A DNA stretch of 56,242 nucleotides, counting the filler, from Sphacelaria rigidula (lineage: Eukaryota), in the NCBI GenBank assembly GCA_964200075.2. It is 7 parts of 7 records of this genome, joined end to end, with 100 filler letters (N's around TTAATTAATTAA, not from the genome) between each part and the next. Parts side by side here need not be neighbours in the genome. Positions count along the whole stretch, not along the records: positions 1 to 7,950 come from CAXNAA020012877.1; positions 8,051 to 16,000 come from CAXNAA020012878.1; 5 more parts are not named here. One strand, written 5' to 3'. This document shows, piece after piece, positions 1 through 10,915 of the stretch (within the stretch, counting starts at the first letter, position 1; every line of letters starts with the position of its first letter). The notes beneath the pieces were generated by a model that ran no database searches, was not told the DNA's origin, and worked only from the letters and a program-made list of their open reading frames with translations. A program made the position numbers and the translations under genes.

Positions 1-33
1 CGAGGTTACCAACTGAGCCACCGGGGCGACCGG
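1..33 (-). mobile_element. 5' end of tRNA-derived SINE copy (truncated by contig end)
   Basis: Reverse complement CCGGTCGCCCCGGTGGCTCAGTTGGTAACCTCG matches the head of the copies at 29760 (+) and 29502 (-); contains A-box TGGCTCAGTTGG. Confidence 0.7.
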
Positions 34-617
34 CTTGCCAGTCCTCCATCATTATTCCCGAAACAAGCAACATGGAACGACCATAACATTTGTGAGGGTA
101 ATCTCCATGCATCAATCACAGAGTAGCAACGTCTGTATCGCGGGCAGGCGACCTCTCTGCGGCCGCCACGGTATCAGCCTTCTCTCGGTTGTGCGGAGTG
201 AAATCGGAGTGCGCACTGCGCACAAGCTGTTGCCCTGGGCACAGATCCTCGCTATAGTTAACCTCGTGTATCTTGAGCCGCAAGGAGACGGCTAGAACGA
301 TTCGTGGTCTACCCGTACCGCGCAGCAGCAGTGCTGTACTGCCGTTCCGTAGAGTTCATCACGTTTTCCACCATGGTTGTGGGTGGCATGGTGCAAACTC
401 ATTGCTGTGCCGCTTGATCTGTCCTTTGGTTTGAACTCCGGCTGTGCTGTATGTGCCGCTGTATCGAACCTTACTGCAATATGCTATACCGTCGTGTTCT
501 GTAAACTAATGCAGTACGTATAATACAGTACTCTACGCTACAACAGTGATGCACTCCATGTACCGGAGGCTGACGATGTACTGTGCAGTTTTGTGCTGAT
601 TTCAGCATTTTGAACTA

Positions 618-1164
618 CGGTCGTGGGCGGTCTAACTATCCAGGGGTGTTTGGAATTTTTCTTGTATACTACACTTCGATATAACTCGAAATTTCTAGCG
701 TCGGTAGATTTTGGTACAGTAAACACATCATCCTCCAAACACAGTGCCCGAGTCAGTGTTTGGTGGTGTTATCGGGCGATACGAGTAAAACCCCGTTTAT
801 CAGGAGGGTGTCATTGACCGTGAAACACAGTTTTTCGGCTGTAGTGCGATAAGTAGGGATAATATTTAAGAAGTAAAACTGTGCATTTCTTCACAAATTT
901 GATCGAGACAGGCTCGATCGATCGAAAATAACGAAGAGTAAGAATCTGGGCTGAAACGTGGCAGAACCCCCGATGGCCGGTCAGTCCGTAAGTCACTCAA
1001 TATTGAGTGCAGATGATTCTTTTGCTTGGAATGTGGAGCGGATACAGATATCTTCAGATGCTCAATGTGATGAACGGTGGCAAGCAAAAAGAGCTCAAGA
1101 AAATCGCGTATCACGAAAAAATCACAAAATGCCACAAAATGAAAAGTTAGACCGCCCACAACTG
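618..1164. mobile_element. Tc1/mariner-type MITE
   Basis: 20-bp terminal inverted repeats CGGTCGTGGGCGGTCTAACT (618-637) / AGTTAGACCGCCCACAACTG (1145-1164), 18/20 matching, flanked by TA on both sides (616-617, 1165-1166); AT-rich non-coding interior. Confidence 0.7.
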
Positions 1165-3839
1165 TAGACGGATCGCGCATTTATGGGGGCAATCTGCGGC
1201 CAAGCATTGAGATCAATAAACGTTTTGAAAACATCCGATACTGTCTCATAACTTCTGTACTCTATTTTAGCGATATTACACGCAACACGTTGCCTAGTGT
1301 CAACAGTGCCATTGTTTAAATTCTCTTGTTCCCCTCTTTTTTCAAACGTTCATCTCTACCACTCTTGAACAATCAGGACGCCCAAAACTTAAATGAGGAA
1401 CTATGACTGTTCGGTGTTGCATGCAGCCCCCTCATGCTTTAGCCTGTGCCATGCTATGCCATACGATGCCATACCGGCGAACGCTCGGAAAATGTGCTCA
1501 TACGTTCTTCCTCAAAACTGACTGAGATCAATTTCTGTCCGGCCGTGTTTGATCGTTGTTGAATCCATGAAGAATGTCAACTCATTGAAAACGGGCGTGT
1601 GGTTCGGTCCTATCGGTAGATAGGTTTACACCGTGTCAATTCTTGCAGTGGGAATCACACCACGGTGTAGTCAAAATCAACTGTGACAAGTCCGATCCGC
1701 TGCACTGATGTCAGGAGCTGCACTTTGCCAGTATAGTGCAGGGTGTCAGCATAAGGCGGTCATGCCGGGCCTGTCATCCTCCGTACTCTGCTGGGACCCC
1801 CACGTGATATGCATCCCGTTCGCGGGATGGCTGTCAGCATACGTTGGGATGCCTGAAATGTTTGCAAAAAGAGGTGTACAGGTATCTCTTCACACCCTGC
1901 GCAGCTCAGCTCATCCACGGTACGCAACTTTTCACAACGCCGCGGAACCTTGTCGGGGTGGTGTACCGGGCGATATCTGTACACGTGTGAAAGGTGCAGA
2001 CACGGGATTCGCCACCTTGCACCAAACATTACCATTGTTTGTGGCTCCATGGCCAGCAAAGCATACACGCGCCAACGTGACATGAAACCCCATCAAGCAC
2101 GATGTATGTCGCGGCGAATATGTAGGCTCACCAATGCGGCTCATGAACACCAGCGACATCCACGACACAGCACAGCAGCTGATCCGTACCATTCCGATGA
2201 ATGTCGGGGGCCTTTCCACATGCAACCTGTCGTGAACCCCACCTGATATTATGACCAGAAATTGTGTGTTTGTAGTGCATGCACTCACAGATATGATGTT
2301 GCGGCAAGCAAATAGTTCCTTCCGGCGCTGCCGTGCTGCTGCTCAAACCTCTTGAGACTCAAACCGCCAACGCAGGACCATGATCCGATACTGCCTCTCG
2401 GAGTTGCTGTCTCCCCTAAAGGTGCTGTTCTAATTGCACGGCGTTCGATGACGAGGTTTGGGACGCTCTTGCTATCTTTCGCAACGAAGAACGCTAGCAG
2501 GCAGATGAAAGAAAGCTGGCCGGGACCATGACCTTCGTACCCCGGCGGGCATCTGCTGAACCGATTCCCGTTGGTATCAATCCATGCGCCGTATCTCTAT
2601 GGTGATTCTCGGCATCGCCTTTTTCTACGGTGCCATGTAGACTGAGTGTTCATCGGAGCGATGGCAACACATGTGGTTGCCGTCATGCTGTCGACGTCAG
2701 ACCCACTCTCTAGTTTTTTTTCCAGTTCTGGCCTCCGCCACGGCGGTCTGCCTTTCAATAATCTGAAAGGAACCACAATTATGGGACGAGGGGGCGCAGT
2801 CGTTGGTACAACTCGAACATTGCCGGAACTTCCACAGAGGCCGTAATATGATGCAAGTTGCACGATATCTCCTGCGTGGGTAGGTCCTCGCTCGATGGTT
2901 TCTACTTCATCTTTTTGATCAAAACCGCATAGCACATCGTTGCTGGTGTCATTTATATGTCGCTTTCTATGCAAACCCTATTTTCTGTCGTCATGGTCCT
3001 CATGAAGTCTGCAACAAAGATGGGCAGCCGAGTCTATGTACACGCTTTCACAGCCACCGCAATGACACCTGCAGAACATGAAAAACATGCCCGCTACCGA
3101 GGTATCCTATCCAACAGGTGGACATCGTGGAGACCCCTCCCCAGCCATGTGGCAGGTGCAATTTTGCTAGCGCTGTTGAGCATGAAAGTTGATGCCCCCA
3201 CCACCGTGCGCGCATGTCTATGTTATGTCAGATCATGAGTACACCTACCACACGCGCCCGTTCAGCTGTGTACCAACGCATATTTCTCGTATGATGCTGC
3301 ATGGCGACCCTTGACTCTGTTGATGGTGTTACTTGGTTCATCATTCTTGCACAATGATATCTATCTGACTCGTCCTGTGTGACCTGCAAGTCCTGAGTTT
3401 TATTTTTATTTGTGTTGGAACATATCAATGTGTTAGGTCCCTTTGATACGATTGGGCATCCTTCGATATTGGCGGCTTTCTACACATGCTTCGTCGTCAC
3501 CGTCATCATTTGATTGCGCTATACCAGTGCTGTATCCGCTTCCAATCCCTACTGCACTGATGTAGAAGACGTGCCATCCAGTGAAATCATCTTGCGAGTG
3601 GCGCTGCAGTTGTTGGGATCAGCTCACATGGAGCGTCATCTGTTCAATGCAGACAATTTGTCCCCAAAGTATGTGTAGCGATGACAATGTCGTTCGTTCT
3701 TTGAGGCATTTCAACACCCCGTCGTTCACAGCTCACGGGGTTTTATCCGCCGTTTTGGTGTTTGTGCTACCATGAGCAGTGAGATTTGTAAGGGGTGCCG
3801 CTGAAGGAACTAACGGCCATCGCGGGAGAGAGGTTCATC

Positions 3840-3921
3840 AACGAGGGCTGCTCCAAGCCAATTCCTACGGTCTACAGGGCGGAAGGACGGAGCTATTCTG
3901 CTCCAAGCACGCCAGAGGGGA
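3840..3921 (+). pseudogene. Frameshifted extra EsV-1-7 repeat upstream of the main ORF
   Basis: NEGCSK (frame of 3840), SYGLQGGRTELFCSKHAR (frame of 3863) and MVDV (frame of 3922) make one repeat unit split over three frames by two 1-bp deletions. Confidence 0.7.
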
Positions 3922-6114
3922 ATGGTGGATGTGGTGAAACAGATATGCAGCCACGAGGGTTGCTCCACGTTGCCGTCGTATGGTGTAGCGGAAAGCACGA
4001 AGGCGGAGTTTTGTTCCAAGCATGCCAGGGCGGGGATGGTGAATGTGGTTCACAAGAAGTGTGGCCACCAGGGCTGCTCCACGCTTGCGTCGTATGGTGT
4101 GGCGGGAAGCACGAAGGCGGAGTTTTGTTACAAGCATGCTAGAGTGGAGATGGTGAATGTGAGGACCAAGAAGTGTGGCCACCAGGGCTGCTCCACGTCG
4201 CCGTCGTATAGTGTGGCGGGAAGCACGAAGGCGGAGTTTTGTTACAAGCATTCCAAGGCGGGGATGGTGAACGTGGTAAGCAAGCAGTGTGGCTTCGAGG
4301 ACTGCTTCAGACAGCCGTCCTTTGGTTTAGCGGGAACCAAAAAGGCGGAATTTTGTTCCAAGCATGCTAGGGCAGGGATGGTGAATGTGAAGGACAAGAC
4401 GTGCAGCGACGAGAGTTGCTCCACGCTTCCGTCGTTTGGTGCAGCGGGAAGCAGAAAATCGGAGTTTTGCTCCAAGCATGCTAGACCGGGGATGGTGAAC
4501 GTAAAGGACAAGAGATGCGCCTACAAGGGCTGCTCCACGCTGCCGTCGTATGGTGTAGAGGGAAGCGGGAAGGCGGAGTTCTGTTTCAAGCATGCCAGGG
4601 CGGGAATGGTGAATGTGGTGAGTAAGAGGTGCCGCGATGACGGCTGCTCCACATTGCCGTCCTTTGGTGTAGCGGGGAGCACGAAGGCGGAGTTTTGTTC
4701 CAAGCATGCCAGGGCGGGGATGGTGAACGTGAAGGACAAGAAGTGCGGCTACGAGGGCTGCTCAACGGTGCCGTTCTTCGGTGTAGTCGGAAGCACGAAG
4801 GCGGAGTTTTGTTCCAAGCATGCCAGGACGGGAATGGTAGATGTGGTTCACAAGAAGTGTGGCCATCAGGGCTGCTCCACGCGGCCGTGGTTTGGTGTGG
4901 CGGGAAGCACGAAGGCGGAGTTTTGTTCCAAGCATGCCAGGGCGGGGATGGTGAATGTGGTTCACAAGAAGTGCAGCTTCAAGCGGTGCTCCACGTCGCC
5001 GTCGTATGGTGTGGCGGGAAGCACGAAGGCCGAATTTTGCTCGAGGCATGCAAGGGCGGGGATGGTCAATGTGATGCCCAAGAAGTGTGGTCACCAGGGC
5101 TGCTCCGCGCACGCGTCGCATGGTGTGGCAGGAAGCAAGAACGCGGAGTTTTGTTCCAAGCATGCCAGCGCGGATATGGTGAATGTGACGACCAAGAAGT
5201 GCAGCTACGAGGGCTGCTCCACGTCGCCGTCGTATGGTGTGGCGGGAAGCACGAAGGCCGAATTTTGCTGTAGGCATGCAAGGTCGGGGATGGTTAATGT
5301 GGTACACAAGAAGTGTGGTCACCAGGGCTGCTCCGCGCACGCGTCGTATAGTGTGGCGGGAAGCACGAAGACGAAGTTTTGTTCCAAGCATGCTAGCGCG
5401 GGAGCGGTTAGTCTAGTGCATAACAGGGGCAGGAAAAATGAGTGCTCCAAATCAACACCCGACAAAACGCACAACGTTGATGAAGCAACGTTTTACAGTC
5501 ATCATTGCGGTACACATAGCATAGCTGCGGTGTCCGACACCACAAAGCTCATCACTGGGGAGGGCTCCATCGCTCGTAGCCCGACGGAGGGAGATGGAGG
5601 AAGCGTGGCTGATGTGCAGGGGGAAAAGCGCAAGCGCACAGCAGTGTCGGGTTCTGTTACAAACTCCGTTGTAGGTACTCGCCGCAATATGTGCCCCGAT
5701 TCCACACAGGGTGAAATAGCACCGTTGCTCTCGGGAGATCCAAGTTTGCTCTCGAGATACCCACCTGTCCTCTCGGGGCACTCACCTTCGATAGCTGGTG
5801 GTGAAGTGCTTTTGGGAGCAAGAGCAGGAGCAGGAATGAAGGTGGAGCTGGCAGTCCCTTCTCCTGAACGTGATGGCGATGGGGTAAGGGAGTGTCGCGA
5901 GCAGGCTGCCTCACTCAGTGGTGGGAGCAGAAAACGTGGTGGTGGTGACTGCACCAGCAGCGGTAGTGGGAAGTCACGGCGGCTTTGTGGTTCGCCGGTT
6001 GTGACACCAGGTCACCAGAGTACATCTGATGATATAGCTTTTGAAGAGGCAGGGGAGGATTCGAACTTGAAGTTAGAGCTAGGTCCCTCTCTTGGGACGT
6101 CCGACACATGGTAA
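3922..6114 (+). CDS. EsV-1-7 cysteine-rich repeat protein (730 aa, intronless; 13 intact 38-aa repeats plus one degenerate, low-complexity C-terminal tail)
   Basis: Tandem 114-bp units encoding MVNVxxKxCxxxGCSTxPSYGVAGSTKAEFCSKHARAG = C-X4-C-X16-C-X2-H-X12, the EsV-1-7 motif family of brown algae/phaeoviruses; the true start may lie further upstream. Confidence 0.9.
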   Translation: MVDVVKQICSHEGCSTLPSYGVAESTKAEFCSKHARAGMVNVVHKKCGHQGCSTLASYGVAGSTKAEFCYKHARVEMVNVRTKKCGHQGCSTSPSYSVAGSTKAEFCYKHSKAGMVNVVSKQCGFEDCFRQPSFGLAGTKKAEFCSKHARAGMVNVKDKTCSDESCSTLPSFGAAGSRKSEFCSKHARPGMVNVKDKRCAYKGCSTLPSYGVEGSGKAEFCFKHARAGMVNVVSKRCRDDGCSTLPSFGVAGSTKAEFCSKHARAGMVNVKDKKCGYEGCSTVPFFGVVGSTKAEFCSKHARTGMVDVVHKKCGHQGCSTRPWFGVAGSTKAEFCSKHARAGMVNVVHKKCSFKRCSTSPSYGVAGSTKAEFCSRHARAGMVNVMPKKCGHQGCSAHASHGVAGSKNAEFCSKHASADMVNVTTKKCSYEGCSTSPSYGVAGSTKAEFCCRHARSGMVNVVHKKCGHQGCSAHASYSVAGSTKTKFCSKHASAGAVSLVHNRGRKNECSKSTPDKTHNVDEATFYSHHCGTHSIAAVSDTTKLITGEGSIARSPTEGDGGSVADVQGEKRKRTAVSGSVTNSVVGTRRNMCPDSTQGEIAPLLSGDPSLLSRYPPVLSGHSPSIAGGEVLLGARAGAGMKVELAVPSPERDGDGVRECREQAASLSGGSRKRGGGDCTSSGSGKSRRLCGSPVVTPGHQSTSDDIAFEEAGEDSNLKLELGPSLGTSDTW

Positions 6115-6966
6115 ACGACATCCCCTCTCGTACCCATCTCGTTGCTGCTCATACTACCCGGGGATTGTGTCGGTGCGTGGTCGCGTATGTTGTCGAGGGC
6201 CCCAAACGATAGTCCGTCGGCACGGCGTTTCTCTCGCATTGTGTGAAGTAGTTCGTGAAGTCCACGGGGTCCTGACGTAACAGGTGATTTGCCAGATGGA
6301 GTAGCGTTTGATTGGGATTGAGAACCCTCAGAGTGAAAAATCCTCATCAATCGATCGACTGGTGTAGTTGGGGAGTACTTGCCCGAGCCAGGTGAAGAGC
6401 GGGTCAAATGGAAGCTCTTGCCATGGTCGGATGAAGTTGATGTGTTCTTATATCGCACTGGTGTCGTCAACCAGCAGAAAACTATAACCGCAGATTTCCA
6501 GAAATGGTCGATCCATTCCTGAAATCGTTCCAGTTCTGAAATGGCCGTCAAATTCTCGAACGCTTCCTCGGTTGCTTTCCACTGAAGCCTCTAATATCCC
6601 CTGGTAGGATCTCGTCATGGTGCCGTGAGGACACATCATTACAGCCAAAACTCACGCACACACACTCATGAAAAGTTCGACAAATACAAGCGGATAATAC
6701 AAGCCATTTAATCGAGGTTAGTCTCCCCATCTGCGAAACATCTGTCTTCTTGTCTCAGCGCCACGCCCCACTAGATTCTCGTCGAGATTATATTGCTATG
6801 CTTACGTTAATCGTGTGCTGTAGTGGCAAGTTGCCAAGGCTGGCCGAACGTGGATGTACCGTGGTCGGCCATCCGATGAACTGACACTCTACTGTTTGAC
6901 TTGTTATTTGTATTTGTTCCCAACTTTTTCCGACCTATGCAATACCTACGATGAAACTTGTCCAGT

Positions 6967-7404
6967 TTAAAAAAAACACGGGATCTTCCAAATGGGGCAT
7001 GGATCATTTATTGGGGATGAGAGCCCGGAGGATTAAAATCTTCGTATCGGCACCAAATATTCGAAACACGGTTCCACTTCTTCACCTACTGATAGCTATT
7101 GACAACTGCTACACGCCACATAAGTTTGGATTTCGATCACCGAAATGTTGGGGTCCTATGTGAAGAAACAGTTTTGTGGAATTCCGGGTGTCCAAGCGGA
7201 CGCCAAAATGGTTCCGAAATAGTTTTCTTTACCTAGGACCCCAAAATTTCGGTGATCGAAATCCCAATACCCATGGCGTGTAGTAGTTGTCAATAGCTAT
7301 CAGTAGGTGAAGAAATGGAACCATGTTTCGAATATTTGGTGCCGATACGAAGATTGTAATCCTCCGGGTTTCTCATCCCCAATTTGTAAGATCCCGTTTT
7401 AAAA
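6967..7404. repeat. Long fold-back inverted repeat (MITE-like / hairpin)
   Basis: Arms ~7011-7170 and ~7222-7382 are near-complementary (e.g. AATCTTCGTATCGGCACCAAATATTCGAAAC vs GTTTCGAATATTTGGTGCCGATACGAAGATT); pairing extends to GGGATCTTCCAAAT / ATTTGTAAGATCCC. Confidence 0.85.
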
Positions 7405-7950
7405 GCATTTGAATCCGAACAACAGCACACGCGTCGTATTTCATTATTAAAACTCGATGAAGCGTTTTTTGACCCAGGATGGTGAAACCGGACAGTACTT
7501 CGGGCTTTGGGCTGTGTTTTAAGACAGACATGTTTTATTTTCAGAATCCGGCGTCACAAGGCATATCCCTTGCTTGAACCAATCATCGATGATGTGACAA
7601 CCGCCCGTTCGTAACGGAAGAGCCTAGCTTGACCCGTGACATCAGCACCGAGATCGGAACAGTGAGATCTTTCACAAACCCCGGTATCACAAGAGACCAA
7701 CGCGTTGTGAGGTATAAGTCCAGCCATTATGTCGATGCGGAGAGACTCGAGAACCATTTCCGGGGAGAAAGGGGCGTGGTCGTTGTCGCGACCGTGAACG
7801 GCAAATGAGCGGAGAAAGAGCCAAATGTACGCGCCATGGTTGGAGTTGGCGCGTAGACTCTCTGGTACAGTGTAGAGAGCGATGGCCTAGCAGAGGTACG
7901 TTCTCGGCCGATCGGTGGCCCAGATGAGGTACGATTGAAAAATAATTTCT

Positions 7951-8050
7951 NNNNNNNNNNNNNNNNNNNNNNNNNNNNNNNNNNNNNNNNNNNNTTAATT
8001 AATTAANNNNNNNNNNNNNNNNNNNNNNNNNNNNNNNNNNNNNNNNNNNN
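7951..8050. other. Artificial contig-joining linker
   Basis: N44-TTAATTAATTAA-N44, stop codons in all six frames; identical linker repeated six times. Confidence 0.98.
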
Positions 8051-8130
8051 CTGATGCGCCCACATATACCGAAAGGTGTAGACTGGCGCCCAGAATAAAT
8101 GGGACGACAACACACACAACACACGTAGTC
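8051..8130 (+). mobile_element. 3' end of tRNA-derived SINE copy (contig start)
   Basis: CTGATGCGCCCACATATACCGAAAGGTGTAGACTGGCG...GATGGGA/AATGGGA...ACAACACAC matches 30054-30135 and the reverse complement of 29130-29200. Confidence 0.7.
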
Positions 8131-8359
8131 AATCAATGATGAGAGCGGAGGTGAAATATTTTCCCTGTACATATGCTCTGGTGAGTCGTTGCTCTTTTTC
8201 ACTTTGATTGTATTTCATTTTATTCGTTTTTACTCATTTTTTAATCAAAAAAGTGTCTGCAAGGAATCAATAATCTTTTCACATTTACCTACGTGTGTAC
8301 TTTCTGTTCTCTTTTTAACCTATTTTACTTCCAAAGTCAGTCCAGGAAATCACCTTTTC

Positions 8360-8595
8360 ACGTCTACTTATTCACGTCCTTACTCTTTTACGTACTTGCT
8401 TACGGCCTTCCCGCCTTGCTTCCCTACTTACTTACTCACTTACCTACGTACACTCACTTTACTTTACTCACGTACTTACTTGCTCACTTACCTACGAATT
8501 AACTGCCTCACTTACTCACTTACTCATTCACTCGCTGACTTACCTACTTACCTACTTATCTCCCTGCCTACTCGCCTACTCACTCACTTACGACT
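8360..8595. repeat. Degenerate low-complexity repeat of ACTT/ACTC/ACCT tetramers
   Basis: Runs such as TACTTACTTACTCACTTACCTAC; source of the spurious Leu/Thr/Tyr-rich ORF 8189..8668. Confidence 0.8.
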
Positions 8596-10645
8596 TTCCA
8601 TCTTGCATCCCCCATCCTACATCCGATTTTCTATGCTGCTGATGATGGGTGCATTTATTTTTGCGTGAGGAGAATCATATACATTTGAGCATTAACGTGT
8701 TTTCTGCGTTTGTGCCTCGTGGTTGTGAAATCTTTTGTCTTTGGGCCACGATTTTGAATGAATGAAACGGCCGGTGCGATAGTGGATAAACGCAAATAAT
8801 TAAATGAGGAAGACAAAGAAGAAGTGTGACCTGGTTCCCATGAGAGGATGATTCTCTATTACATGGCAAGCGACCTGTGTGTGCTCCGCACCACATTCAC
8901 GAGCTGGCTGTCATTCTACAAGGCGAGCATATGGCGGGAGTTTTTTTTTTTTCTGGGCAGTCACCAGTGAAATTTTTCCTCTCCGGATTCCTGGATCACA
9001 ATTTCCTCCTGTGTCCATGCCGTGTCATGGGGCTTGTGGTCTACATATCTGTGCATTTTGTGTGCATTTTTCCTTGTCACACTTTGAACCGATCCTCGTC
9101 CTCGGGACAAATCCGTGGTCTTGAGGAATCAACCCATCTCTCCCCGGTACACGTCTTACATTTTGGTCTCGCAGATTGGATCATGACCAGCACTCCTGCA
9201 CCCCGTCAACTCTCGTATAACAAGCTCAGTCAACTACGTTTTGTTTACCCACATACTCACGCTTCAAGCGGTGAAAATTACATGTTTCGAAGAAAACACC
9301 CAACACATCGGGAGTTGAACTCACGTTCTCTCCACTCTAATGGTGACGGTCAGTCGGACGGACTGTTGGACCACCGGCGGGTGGGGGAGGGGCGACATTG
9401 TGTGCGGTGCATATTTCACAGTCTGGCGTTGTTCTTAGCAGAGTACTGACTTGAAGCCGCCTAGCCCATCTATAGAGTACTACTTTCTCATATCTTACTT
9501 TGTTGGTGGTGCGCATAAGCGGGGTAGTTCTCATCAAATAATACTGCTTTATGGTGTCATCTCGGAAGATTTTCCAGTACATATTTGCGAACACTATGAA
9601 TTTTTAGTATCGAAAACACCTCCCCACCCTAAAAGTATATCGAAAGGTGAGCTGCAATACAATGTGTGTGGGGGGAGGAGGAGCCTTGACAGGACTTGAG
9701 TACAATACGGTACAGTCAGTGTACCGTTTGTTTGCTGTCAAGTGTAGATGTGACATGACGCTCCACAGGCGTAGCTAGCCATACCTACAAGCAATACGAA
9801 TAGCAAGATGAACGTAAGAGCGCACACACGAGTGTACACATTAAGATGAGTGCCAAAACGTGATTGCATCGCAATGAATGTAAGAGGATGTTGCTGATTA
9901 TCAGTCATTTCGGTCCCCTAGACGATATCCGCAGAAGATCATTTCCTGAGACTAACAGGTTACTATGCGGCTAACTGACTCCCCAGGAGAGACCCACTTT
10001 CTACTGAACTATTAACCTGTAATTCCTCCACACTGCATCCCAGGACCTGTAGACTTTATAACTAGAGCACCGACATACCTCCCACGGTAGTCAGTCTCAG
10101 GTGGGAGCGTGATGTTCTCAGTTTGGCGTCGACGGTGAAGTAGTAGATTCCAACTGCTGCTCGATTGACTGATTGGTTGGTTAGCTGTCGTACATTCATT
10201 GATCCCCGAGGGACGCAGTCGTGGTCATTATCCACAAGGTAGACGTACCCAAGGCAAAACAAAACGGAAACGCTCGCTATAAAGAAAAAAGATGAAAAGA
10301 GGAAAAAAAAGAGAACGAGAGAACGAACAAACGGAGTAAACTGAATAACGATAGCTAAAACAGAAACATAATCAAGCAGGAGAAGGAAAGGAAATTAACG
10401 AGACGGAGAACAGCTGCAAAAACATATACATATATATATAAATGAAGCTGTGTGGGAGAGCGCATCCGGTGCAAAAAATTTGCGCCTGGGAGTATTATGC
10501 GACAACGGCGCAGTTCAGTACGATACCTTAAAAATAGCATACCCTGGACCATGGATTCTTATGTCCAGGGTATGACACAAGAAACAAAATGAAACACATG
10601 TCGGCTGGAGGAGAACAGCATTCTCGTGTACTACTGTGTGTGTAA

Positions 10646-10915
<270 letters not shown>

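Noticed and set aside
1760-2083. HHPDK in a minus-strand ORF suggesting a J-domain
   Set aside because: No flanking J-domain helices (no YxxLG, KxAYR or F..I..AY pattern); likely chance.
3922-5403. 114-bp periodic repeats as a CRISPR-like array
   Set aside because: Units are in-frame coding repeats with synonymous variation, no unique spacers and no cas genes.
3795-5416. Overlapping repetitive ORFs on other frames and the minus strand
   Set aside because: Shadows of the EsV-1-7 coding repeat.
7995-8006. Regularly spaced TTAATTAATTAA palindrome every ~8.05 kb
   Set aside because: Synthetic six-frame-stop spacer embedded in N runs.
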